Origin: Syncephalis fuscata S228
Lineage: Eukaryota; Fungi; Zoopagomycota
Assembly: GCA_025786725.1 (NCBI GenBank)
Contig: JAHLTZ010000043.1
Location: forward strand, 62,001-126,000
DNA: 64,000 nt
Direction of reading: 5' to 3'
In this document: positions 14,038 to 25,049 of the stretch, in pieces
Layout: the number at the start of each line of letters is the position of its first letter
How positions within the stretch are numbered: the stretch's first letter is position 1
The notes under the pieces: model-generated
What the model saw: only the letters and a program-made list of their open reading frames with translations
Told to the model about the DNA's origin: nothing
Databases searched by the model: none
Translations under genes and position numbers: made by a program

Positions 14038-14886
14038 CTACCAAATATGGTAAATAACGCAACTTACACCACAATTAGGCTGGTGAAATAGTAACAATAC
14101 CATTAGTGATGTTAGTAGCAATAGCTGCGTAATGAGTCCCGACGTGTAAAATAGATGAATGGCGCTGGAGGATTGGTTGAACTGTGTTAATCCATTAGTT
14201 GTTACAGGGAGATCACAACGCTTGGCCGCTTGGTACAACGTCGCAAGTGACGTATTTACCTCCTTATTAACGGATACAAATGGAGTGGACGGTGGCTTCC
14301 ACTGTAGTATAGTGGCAATGGTGGCTTTTGTGCAATAATCACAAGTAAAGTCGCCAAGTTCTGCCATGTCTTTTGGCAAGCCAATGATAGCGTTGTCATG
14401 TAAGACACAGTAGTTGCTGCTGCTATTATTACTGCTGTTGCCGCTATTGTCGTCGCGTAGACATATAGTCTGTCGATCAAGTCCAAAAGTATACCAGAGC
14501 TCATATGTGTCGACTACCATTTCATCGCCTGACTGCAGCTCGGTAGCACATCCTTTTCCTATTATTTCAAGTGCCAAGTTTGCCTGTTTTGGTGTACAAT
14601 AGTTGCTTGGCATTTTACCCGCAGTTGTGTTGCAAATATGCGGTAGCATATCGGAAAACGACATAGGTTCGCGAGTAAATACACCACAGTTTGGAAGCGA
14701 TTGAGAATCCAACGCTTTACGACAGTCGTTGCTCAAGCTACCTTCCGACATAAGCGTTTCCAATTTGCCATGTGGCTCTTTGACAAATGAATCGGTGGAG
14801 TCGGCTGCAAAACAATAATGCCATTGTCCGGCAACACCTATCAATAATAGCCACAATTTAAACACTTTAGTAACATCAGTAAACAT
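14038..14886 (-). CDS. Secreted Cys-rich, probably GPI-anchored protein (cluster member 1)
   Basis: ATG at 14886, signal peptide, Cys pattern shared with the neighbouring genes (CTPKQANLAL..GCATEL, YELW, ICLRD..NYC, CDYC, WKP), hydrophobic C-terminus. Confidence 0.75.
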   Translation of the reverse strand: MFTDVTKVFKLWLLLIGVAGQWHYCFAADSTDSFVKEPHGKLETLMSEGSLSNDCRKALDSQSLPNCGVFTREPMSFSDMLPHICNTTAGKMPSNYCTPKQANLALEIIGKGCATELQSGDEMVVDTYELWYTFGLDRQTICLRDDNSGNSSNNSSSNYCVLHDNAIIGLPKDMAELGDFTCDYCTKATIATILQWKPPSTPFVSVNKEVNTSLATLYQAAKRCDLPVTTNGLTQFNQSSSAIHLFYTSGLITQLLLLTSLMVLLLFHQPNCGVSCVIYHIW

Positions 14887-15214
14887 TGTTTTTGTCAATA
14901 TTCTTATAGCACTGGAATGTGAACAAGTGGCTGCGATTTGTTAGTCAATGTGTACTAGCGTAAAATAGATGTATGAATGATGGTAATATGTAGTATAGTT
15001 ATGCAGTAAAGGGGATAGTAATTGGAAAAAGATTTAATAATGAGACAAATGGTCAAGCATGTCTATTTAATTCTTTTTAGGATCGGCATAAATGTCTGAC
15101 AATACTTTATTATAAATAGAACATATGGCAGCAACAGGTTTTGATAGTGTAGAAAAAGGGGATAAATGTTAGAGTAATACTTGGTAGAATTATCAATATT
15201 TTATTATGGTGTCA

Positions 15215-15976
15215 TTAAAAATGGAACAACAACAGGCCTATGACTGCGATAATACCTGCTGATGTTATTAGTGGTCGGGTGGATGTGGCAGCATTGACAG
15301 CGATTTTGCACTCTTTGGCAGATTGCTTGAAAGAATCTATCTTTGACGTGTATTTCTCACCGGCCAATGTTGCCGAACGGGGTGGCTTCTGCTTCAGTGC
15401 GTTCTCCAACATAACACGGCTGCAATCGCTACATTGCCCGTTTTGATCGTTCGTAGGTTGCGTGTTATTGCTAGTGGCAGCTTCCATGCAGTAACTGCCA
15501 TTGGGCAATTTTGTGCAAAAAGTATTGGCGTCTAGCGAGTACATCAGCCAGTCGGCGTACACGCTCTGAACGTCACCCTGTGCTGCTTTGAGTTCCTCTT
15601 GACACTCGGACTCCATCGTATCAAGTGCTTTATTGATTTGCGTCATTGAGCAAAAATGACCGCTGGCACCGTCAATAGGTGCGGCACATGCCATAGAGAT
15701 TGATTTGCCAGGCGGTACAATTGTTTCAATGCTTGCGCAGGGCGGTGCCACATCAGATCCTAAAAGTGCTTTACGGCATTTGTCCGACGCTTTAGAAAAG
15801 GAACTAGCAGTATCTTTACTGTTAGTGTTTACGTTATTGTTATTGCTGCTGCTAGGAGCTGGTCCTGCTGCTACTGCTGCTGACGTTGAAGGTGTGGCAG
15901 CCAAAACTGTCTGCATCACATTTACGCCTACGAAGACAGATAGTAGCAGCAGCAAGGCATTAGTAAGACGTGTCAT
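15215..15976 (-). CDS. Secreted Cys-rich, probably GPI-anchored protein (cluster member 2)
   Basis: Signal peptide; DVAPPC, GHFCSMTQINKALD..CQEEL, YADW, FCTK..GSYC, CSDC; hydrophobic tail. Confidence 0.8.
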   Translation of the reverse strand: MTRLTNALLLLLSVFVGVNVMQTVLAATPSTSAAVAAGPAPSSSNNNNVNTNSKDTASSFSKASDKCRKALLGSDVAPPCASIETIVPPGKSISMACAAPIDGASGHFCSMTQINKALDTMESECQEELKAAQGDVQSVYADWLMYSLDANTFCTKLPNGSYCMEAATSNNTQPTNDQNGQCSDCSRVMLENALKQKPPRSATLAGEKYTSKIDSFKQSAKECKIAVNAATSTRPLITSAGIIAVIGLLLFHF

Positions 15977-16563
15977 TGTATATTATAAATAGTAAAGTCG
16001 TTCGTAGTAAATTGCAAATAATGGCGAAATAATAGAAAAGGTTGAAAATTTCATGATGGAGGGGCAAGTTTCATAACCAGACCGTGCACCATGTTCACGT
16101 GCTACAGTTAAAATAAAAGGCCTCTTTCGTCTCAATCATTTTGTGCACGAAGACAAATAGAAAATTTAGTTTCTCTAAAAAGACTAAATACTTAGCTTTT
16201 CAGGAAAAGAACATTTGATCATAGAAAAGTGTAAGAGTTGTAATCGATCATACGGAAGAAAGGAAGGGAAGTTGATGATTGGTCAACAGGTTAATTACTA
16301 TTACCGCATTTGGTAATAGTAATTTATTTGTTTTTACACTAAAAAGTCGTATTTACACATATTTTATCGTATTTCAAGTGATATTGTCTGTTTACACAAA
16401 TAGATATATAGTTAATTAGATTGTATTACTAATAGAAAAGATCTAAAGATCTAAAGTCTACATTATCGCCCATTCATATATGTCTTTAATTATTGCTGTA
16501 TTTTATAGTATCATTTAAAGTTATTACATTAATAAAATAATAGCAGTGTTATTTATTATAGGT

Positions 16564-17262
16564 TTAAACGTTAAACATTAATGCAGCAACAGTTGCAATA
16601 ACTACAGCACCAAATGACTTGGGTGCTGAGGCCGATGAACTTTTAGTTTTGGATTCAGAGTCAAAAGCTATGGAATTAGAAGATTTTATGTTGCACTGTT
16701 TAGCCGCTCTAAAAGGATCTGCGGTCAGTTTTTTATAGGCTTTTTGTTCGTAATTGGTTGTTAATTGAGGATTCCAATCAATCCAGAGCTGGAGTTCAGC
16801 CTTGTCACAATCGTTGCATTTGTCCGATTGTATTTGTGGGTCTTCCGAGTCTTCAGACCCTGAATTGCAGTAAGATCCTTCGGAGTTTTTAAGGCATTTA
16901 ATTGTGCTTGTTACAGGATACTTCATCCATTTCTTATATCTTGACTTGACTGGTTTTACTGACGATTCCAATTCTTTTTTACAATCTTTCTTTAATGCAT
17001 CTAGTGCTTTGGTGACTTGCTCGGCAGAACAACGGCGGCCAACGGTGTTGTCATCTGGTGTACTGCAAAACTTATTGAGCTCGATGGACTCTTTGTCTTT
17101 TGCATGGTTGTTGCAAGGTGGAGAAACATCTGTGCTATTAAGTGTTTTTTGACATTCAATAGATATGTTCGCAGAAGAACCCGAATCAGTTGACTTTGGC
17201 TGGGCTGTGGCCAAGGCTGCTATAGCCAATAGGAGAATGCCAATGCTAATGAATCGCACCAT
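16564..17262 (-). CDS. Secreted Cys-rich, probably GPI-anchored protein (cluster member 3)
   Basis: ATG at 17262 (MVRFISIGILLLAIAALATA); DVSPPC, GRRCSAEQVTKALD..CKKEL, YKKW, CLKNSEGSYC, CNDC, WNP; Ser-rich omega region and hydrophobic tail. Confidence 0.8.
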   Translation of the reverse strand: MVRFISIGILLLAIAALATAQPKSTDSGSSANISIECQKTLNSTDVSPPCNNHAKDKESIELNKFCSTPDDNTVGRRCSAEQVTKALDALKKDCKKELESSVKPVKSRYKKWMKYPVTSTIKCLKNSEGSYCNSGSEDSEDPQIQSDKCNDCDKAELQLWIDWNPQLTTNYEQKAYKKLTADPFRAAKQCNIKSSNSIAFDSESKTKSSSASAPKSFGAVVIATVAALMFNV

Positions 17263-17793
17263 TATGTGAAGAGTTAATACCAAGTAATAAGAGAGTTCAA
17301 AAAGAATAAAGACAAGAAATTTAATCAGGACTGATAGGTTTATATAGAAAAATGGTACTCATCATGTAATAGATATTTAATACTCATTCTATTCTATTTT
17401 AAAATAAAAACCAGATTTGTTGTGCCAATTGGTTACAGTAGATATAGATAGTTTCAGTTTTTTATCTTCAAGGAGAGTTGACAAATGAGTAATTTTACTA
17501 GCTCATGAAAGCTATGAACCCATTGGCTGTACTTGCCATCAAGACATTAGGCCTTAGATTTTGTACACGACGGGTTTCAGCTTCCGTCCAGTTGTGCGAA
17601 AAAAGGGATTACAGATATAATATGGCGCACCATTATAGCAGTTTTAAATAAAGGCATACTGAAGTTAACAACTTTATTATGAGGTGCAAGTGTAAGGTTA
17701 TATTGAAACAAATGACGACAGCAGCTGATTTTGATAGCAATAACATGATGATGTTTATTAATAAAATTTACTAGTTGTTATTACGTGGAATAT

Positions 17794-18532
17794 TTAGACA
17801 CAGAGCATGAGCGCTCCAATCATTGCAACGATGGTAAGATTAATTAAGTTGGTGCTTGGGGATTGGAGGATTGAAGACGCATTAGGAGTAGTGGTGGTGG
17901 TGGCGGCGATTGGTTTTGTGCTAACATTGCACTGTGCAGCCCGCTGTTTGTGCAATTCAGTCATTTGAGCTACTAGTGCCGATGTGTCGTTATTTGACCG
18001 CGATGGCGTCCATTTGACCCACTGCTCGGCCAAAATACGTTGACAATCAGTACACTTGTTTTGTTCCTGGGTTTCCCTCGTGGCATTGGCCAATGATGCA
18101 AGACAATAGTCTCCTTTGGAGTCTTTGGAACAAGATACAGCATTGCCTACATCATTTCCTAGCCATGAGATGTATACGTTGTTGACAAATTCGTGCGATT
18201 TTTGCAGCTCTGACTTGCAGCTTTTCTCAAGAGCATCCAGTGCCTTGTTAGTTTGCGCGTAGAGCAACGGTGGCCGTTGGCATCATCCGCTGGCGCAGAG
18301 CATACTGCAGTGGCGTTGGCAGGGTTTTCGACATTAACGTCTTTTTGCAGGGCGGGCTGACATCAGGTCCAGTGATTGTCTTCATACAGTCGTCAGAAAC
18401 ACCAGGTATAGGATTAGGACGAGATGGAAATTGAGCTGGAGGTTGAGCTGGAGGTTGAACTGGAGCTGTCTGGGCCAGGGCCATGCCTGTTACAGCCAGC
18501 AATCCGATGTAAATGCAGATGAGTCGAGACAT
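17794..18532 (-). CDS. Secreted Cys-rich, probably GPI-anchored protein (cluster member 4), with two apparent 1-nt deletions
   Basis: ORFs 18248-18532 and 17794-18267 join into one family member (DVSPPCKK-DVNVENPANATAVCSAPADDANGHRCST-AQTNKALD..CKSEL, CSKDSKGDYC, CTDC, WTP) if one base is restored near 18343 and one near 18259. Confidence 0.72.
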
Positions 18533-19619
18533 TGTGAATTTAGAGATATCAATTAGTAAAAGGAAACCAGGAATAATATGAAATGAAAGCGGAAATGGTG
18601 TAAATACCGCCTATTTAAAGTCGCGAAAAAGATTGGTTTCAGTAGTAAAACGTGTAGTCCGAAAAAATCAATTAAGGGGTATATCTATGCAACCACTATT
18701 GTCGCCTGAGACATTTTAATGGTGTGTTTATAATTTACTAAAAGGGACAAGTTATATGGGTAGTTCAACGTATTCGTCTCCTGTTTGTTGTCGTTATAAA
18801 TAGCCAGCATCATAATAATCGAGTGCAATAAGTAAATGATCGTTTGTGACCACAAATACCTCACATGTTGCCTTGCTCCTAGTAATCGTTCGCTATGAAG
18901 CAATAAATAAACGCCTCATGTTGCAAAGTTTGTATTTCAAAACTTTATAAAAGTGCTTACTTTGAGCCATCAGTCATTAAATAAATTAATACAACGTTCG
19001 TTTGTATATGTTTGATCATCTGATTTTTAAAACAAGCCAATAGTAAATCTGCTCAAAGCGTATTGCTATCAAACAGTGTTTTATAATATTCCTGTTTAGA
19101 AAGGCAGGTGGAATATGACAAAACCGGTACAGCATTAGGTAGTACGGCATAGTGTACGCAGTTACACATATGGGCACCGTTAATTAACGTTAAATAAATT
19201 AAAAACATTAGATGAAATTTGAGTAATTGGTTTGTTGAAATAAAATAATAATAATCTCAAGTACTATAAATGAAGAGATACTCATTCAATTTGATATTAA
19301 TAGACTTCCTACAACAAAAGTGCCGTTTTAGCTAATAGTAGCTACGATTGATATGCAATGAGTATGATGGTACTGTTTGTAATTGATGCAATTATTTTAA
19401 AGCATATGATAATAATATTGTCATGTTTAGTAAGTATAATTTGCAGTATTTATTGTATTGAATAGCATACGCAATCGTGTAAGATTATACTATAAATAGA
19501 ATGCATCGCACGAGCATGCACAGCCGCTATTTTTATTTATCTACCGCTATTTATTCTTTTTATCGTATATTAGTTTTACTGCAATTATCTTTAATTGCCC
19601 ATATTTTCAAATATTTATA

Positions 19620-21460
19620 ACAAACGTATATGGCAAAACCATGACGTTTTATTGCATTTATGTCGCTTCATGGATGGTCAAAAACTAGTTTTTTACAAAT
19701 AGCTGTCGTCTTATTTATCAAACAATAGTTGGCCTATCTGGTTATTGGAAACAAAAATATAGACAAGCATTTTGTTTAGACGATAAATTTGAACAAGAAT
19801 GGCCTACACGGTATAATTGGACATTAATGCTAAAGCAAAATTTGAAGGCTTTAAATTTGATGCAAATCAGACAGAAAAAGAACATTTAATATTATTTGCT
19901 AGTACAACTATTGATAATATCGATAGCAAATTTATACTACCTGTTAGTGATTTATCGTTTGTTTTTAATTTTGATACCATTCGGTGGTTTTATGCTTATC
20001 ACCGACGCCAACAGACCTATTGCAGCTTTATGGCAGGCCGCTTCAAAAAGTACATATGCCAATTACCAATTAATGGACACGCTCAGTTGAGTCTTATCGA
20101 CGTCAATCCTTGGTATACATTAGTGCAGGACGTAAAAAAGTTAAAAGTGTGGTCAGTTCAGCATGATGTTTTTAGCAAGAAAGATGAGCGTAGCAATAAG
20201 GAGTTACTTTGGAAAAAGCTAACTATTCCTTCTTCATCTTTATTCGATAAAAAGTTCAAATTTGCTCTGTCAAGAGAACAAATTAATTTATTGTGGCTTA
20301 TGCCTCTATAGACACATTTAAAGGCGTAAAATCTGTGAATATTGGCAATCCAATAGGTAACTGATAATCAATATTAATGTTTATACAAGCATTTATTAAT
20401 ATTAATAATAGTAAACTTATATCAAATAAAAGCCCAATTATTAAAAAAATGAATCTAAATATCTTGGTGATTTAATCAATATTCCAGTATGTCTTTGACA
20501 ATTAAAGCTTTAAAAAAGCAAAACATTGAATGACGAGGTTCAATTCTAGTATGGCCTGATGCTGGCTATTCGCCTCCGAGTATTATTCATTTTCAATGTA
20601 GAGATAAATTTAAGAGAAGCGCAGAGAATACTTATGTAATTGGATTTTATAACGACTGGATCTTTTTACAAACTAGCTATATAAAAGAGACATATCACAC
20701 ATTCAATTTATTTGACTTGAACAAAACCCAATGGTATAAAAGGTTAAAAAAAAGACCAATTTCAATCTAAAAGAATATTATTGGATTAAATTAGCATTCC
20801 ATATTGCTCGAGCAACATAATTGAGGCCGAGAGGTATTCAGAAAAGACGTGTTAAATCATTGTATTGGTATAAAAGACAGATCAAACGGTAATACTTGTG
20901 GAATTTAGTGCAACATTGTCTTTGTTTGCACGGGGCAAGTTTTTACTAAATAATTCGATAGAATCAATATTCGACAGCAGAAATGACGATCAATTACTGC
21001 CAATTAACAAATTTGATCGAGGACTTGTATTATGGAAGAGACCTATAAATAATATTAATATTACAAAATTATATAGTGAAAAACTGGTTGTTGTTCAAAA
21101 TCATAACACATTAGATGTGCTAAATGCACGAGATGGAAGTTTATTGTGTTTAATTGCTTGTCCATTTTATTCAAAATTTACCTCATTTCTCGGATCTTTA
21201 TGTAGAATTCTCAGTGGAGAACACGGTGAAGTTGGTTTGTCGATATTCAAACTAGTCGCATTTATAAATCACCAAATTGTCTTAACAAAAAACAAATTAA
21301 AGATGGCATTAAATATGAGTCTTTAGGTCCTATTGAAGCAATACTTCCGCAGACCCAATAGGACATGTGGAAGGCAAACTTTCCAAATATTATGTATCTA
21401 ATGCTGTTGTTGGCCGAATTGACGCTAACGGCGGTAATTTATACGAAGCATATATGATAA
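19620..21460 (+). pseudogene. Degenerate F-box-type protein gene
   Basis: IWQNHDVLLHLCRFMDGQKLVF...YWKQKYRQAF resembles an N-terminal F-box. Collinear ORF fragments (19817-20311, 20898-21326) are broken by several stops and frameshifts. Confidence 0.5.
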
Positions 21461-21829
21461 ATAAAAAATTATTTGAAATATTTATTACAGGCAATTATTA
21501 TAATTTATTATATCGTTGTTTGTTTCTTCGAATCGTTCACTTTATCAAAAGAAAGTGTTTTTATGAAACATTTCTTGATTTTTAGTTCATATAACACTGC
21601 TGAAATGTCTAATATTTTTTAATTAATTAACTGCATCTATAGACTACCGTCATCTTAATGCATGTAAAAGTATGTTAATGTTTCTAGATCACCAATCGGC
21701 AACTCGTAGTAATTTGGGTACTTTTCAGCATATTTTTAAATAACTCTACAGAAAAGCTCAGGATAGTTTTGCGCCATAAAGATTAAAGAATTAAGGTTAT
21801 TAGTATAAATCAATTGTTAGTATGCCTAC

Positions 21830-23398
21830 ATGTCTAATGCATACAGATTTTTATATGCAAAAACAGACACTAAAATAACTAGAATAACAACTTATAATTC
21901 AAATAAACCATATATTTATTACTACAAGTTTGAACAAGTGTATAGATACACCTAAGTGCAGACCTGTTGTTAATATAATAGAAATATTGATTGAAAGTTG
22001 AGTATCCAAATGCATTGATTATAATCTAATATATGATAAAGTCGAACAGCAGTTTAAATGTCCTTGGTTCTACCGAATGCATACCTAAAGTGTATGTGAC
22101 TAGCAGTTCAATTAGATTACCAACGCTAGTTTTCAAATCTATTAGCATTATTTCAGACCATAGTTACATATAGCGTATTTCATATAATTAGTAAATAGCC
22201 GATAAATATACAGTATAGCTTACCATCTATCCGTACAAGTATTAAGTAAACATAGCAATGATATGTAATTAGTGTACAGTTGATTGATATACAATGTTAC
22301 TTACTGCTTGTTAGTATTATGTAATAACTACACACTATTCATAACATATGGTTAATGTATATTCAATTACCATATACTACAGTTACAGTCTGCTAAAAAT
22401 ATCTTACTAAACATGGGCAGAGCATAATGTGCTATTAGATTATAGTTGCTTTATATACAATGTCACTTACCTTCTATTGATATTAAGTTGTTAGGCACAA
22501 AGAGTGCACAGAATTTGATTAAAATGTAACTTATTAATACATGATCTTACTTGCGAACTATTAATATAGGTTACCAAACACACAAAATACATAGCATGTA
22601 ATTAGTATATATTTAATTAATGTATAATCTCACTCACTAACTATTGATACAAATTATTAAACACATACGGTCTATTTTATATGATTAGTATACACTTGAT
22701 TATTATATAATGAAACCTACATGCTATCAATACAAGTTATTAGGCAGACATGATGCGTATCATCTAATTAGCTTATAGCTACTTAATATACAATGGCACT
22801 TACGATCTATTAAAGTTGATTTAAAATATAAATGTTATTTGGTCAGTTAAACAACTAATTATTTCTAGTTTAATTTACCTCCTAATAATATAAATATGAT
22901 GTATTAATATCATAAGTGTGTATTTTATTCACTGTTATATATTAAACTTATTCTTAGCCAGTGGCGCTAATTTACCCGTTGTGTATTAATAAACAATCGC
23001 TAATTAGCACATCAATGGCTATGTATAATTCAAACCTACCGTCTGTTTGTGTGTTTATTGTGTTTAGCATGTGCGTAAAGTGCACAGTAAGTGCCAGAAC
23101 AATAATCCATAAGTATAACTTACCATCTAACATCATCGTTAGTTAAACATGACACTAGTAAATATATACTATTGCATATTGGTTGTAATTGCAACATACC
23201 ATGAGGGGCCGAGACTGGCATAGCATCCACCATGATCATATCGACCACAAAAGCCGCGACAATAATGCAGATGATGGCAATGGAAATATTTATAATAATG
23301 GTGTTTTTGAAGCAACAATGGAATGAAATGCAAGATGCTTGAAATATAGTGGATAAAAGCGGTGTTTGAGCAGAAAGTAGAATGCAATAATAAAGCAT
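21830..23398 (-). CDS. Micro-exon gene (possibly pseudogenised) encoding a secreted pre-pro-peptide
   Basis: A signal-peptide exon ending at 23200 is followed by AG|micro-exon|GT units about every 80 bp: 23124-26, 23040-42, 22952-66, 22879-81, 22804-06, 22721-23, 22638-40, 22551-57, 22471-73, 22387-89, 22305-07, 22224-26. These join to ...VDAMPVSAPHDDAPLAKRDPFIRKRLQ. Start and 3' end are uncertain. Confidence 0.7.
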
Positions 23399-24356
23399 TG
23401 GCTAGTTGCGCATAATACGTGAGCTATTTAAATCTATTACTGCAACAAAACTACAGTGGCACGTGTTGTGTAGAGTATACCGTGTATTACAATGTAAACC
23501 AGTAAAACGCAACTGGATTGTGATTTGAAGCACATGTACATAAATAGATTCATGGCATGGTGTTATACAAACTAAATCTTTGTTTTGACTTGCTCGGCAT
23601 TTACACAAATATAGTGGCAATACCTTGTATCCAATGCATATTTACTATAGATTTACATATCAATGTACTGTTACACGTTTTAGCAACGATATGCTAAATA
23701 AACACGTTAGTCTTATGGAAGCAATGACGTTAGTATCACTACGCCTTTGTAGCCACCTTTTCTAAAATTTATATGTGCCCACACAAAGTTCACTAATTAT
23801 ATTGCAACATATCTATGCAGTAAAGTATATCTTTTTATAAATGTTTACTGTTTTTTGTAAACCAATGCGATTTCGAGTAATAATAAAAATACTGATTGTT
23901 TTACGAACATACTCGGATTAATACTATTTTTTTGTTACAGTTATAGAAAATGAATCAAATTTGCAAAGACAGCATACACATACAAAGCACTCTACACGCC
24001 ATGCGATTGCTGACATTTCACCTAGTACATCGCCAAAGCTGCCCAAAATTATTTGTTCAATTTTTACTGCAGCATGGTGCACCATAACACTTTCCACAAT
24101 AAAAATGCATTTAGACACTAATGTCAGCAACTTTGAAGTCATCTGACGATGTAAATCAGTCAAATAGTACTTGCTACAGTGTAAAAATACTATATTAAAA
24201 TCACAGAGCTGCCATATTCTAATACGGCTATATTCTCTATAATAATTTTTGCACAGTATATTATTACTACAAGCAATACAAATAAAAGTTAAAAAAACTA
24301 GGCATGTTTTTAAAACCGGTAATAGTCGGAAATTAAATAAATTTATTAAGAAATGA

Positions 24357-25049
24357 TTAGGCACTGAACAATGCTGCGCTAACTACAACAAAGAGTGCCG
24401 ATCCAAACATAGCAGTGCTAATGGTGGAGTGGCTGGAATCTGAAGACGATGTCGATGATGATGAGGAATCGTCGATAGTAATATTGCACGCTTGGGTCAT
24501 ATTGTTGAGCGATGCTTTTTGCTGCTCATAGAGTTGAGTGGCAAGCGGGGTTGATCGAGAAGGCTTCCACTTAAGGCCCGCTTTAAGGAAAGTAAGTGTA
24601 CAACCTTCACACTGGTCCTTTTCAGTGGCGTTCTTCATTGCTTCGAAGCAGTATGCGCCACTGCTATCCTTTATACAGGCATTGTCTCTGCTCAAAGGAT
24701 AGACGAGCCAGACTTCATAGAGTCCTGGGACTACTGACGTCTTATCATTCATCTCAGTTTTACACGCGGTCTCGAGAGTTTCGAGTGCCTTAGAGATCTG
24801 TGCATCTGTGCAAAAATGACCGACAGCCCCATCAATAGGCGCTTTGCAAACTGCTTCGCTTAAACCGCCCGATGTGCTTTTATAACAATCAGGCGCAACA
24901 TCGGTGCTTTTTATCGCTTGCTTGCAGGTATCTGTTAGGTTGGCCGTACCAGGAGAAAGAATTACTGTGCCACTGGAGTCCGTTGACTGTCCCACAGCCG
25001 CTCCCACAATGGCCAGCAGTGGAATAATTGTCTTTAAAGAAAGAACCAT
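24357..25049 (-). CDS. Secreted Cys-rich, probably GPI-anchored protein (cluster member 5)
   Basis: Signal peptide; DVAPDC, GHFCTDAQISKALE..CKTEM, YEVW, CIKDSSGAYC, CEGC, WKP; Ser-rich stalk and hydrophobic tail. Confidence 0.8.
   Translation of the reverse strand: MVLSLKTIIPLLAIVGAAVGQSTDSSGTVILSPGTANLTDTCKQAIKSTDVAPDCYKSTSGGLSEAVCKAPIDGAVGHFCTDAQISKALETLETACKTEMNDKTSVVPGLYEVWLVYPLSRDNACIKDSSGAYCFEAMKNATEKDQCEGCTLTFLKAGLKWKPSRSTPLATQLYEQQKASLNNMTQACNITIDDSSSSSTSSSDSSHSTISTAMFGSALFVVVSAALFSA

Noticed and set aside
22138-22226. TG|A codon formed if the 22139 acceptor is used in the micro-exon gene, as possible Sec
   Set aside because: The splice choice is ambiguous, no SECIS was identified, and it is equally explained as a stop codon.
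22200-23200. Periodic ~82-bp pattern as a CRISPR array or plain minisatellite
   Set aside because: Eukaryotic context and degenerate units; the conserved parts are splice signals flanking micro-exons, not identical repeats with spacers.
23924-24364. 146-aa minus-strand ORF downstream of GPI-family member 5
   Set aside because: No recognisable motifs or coding-like composition; probably 3' UTR or intergenic.
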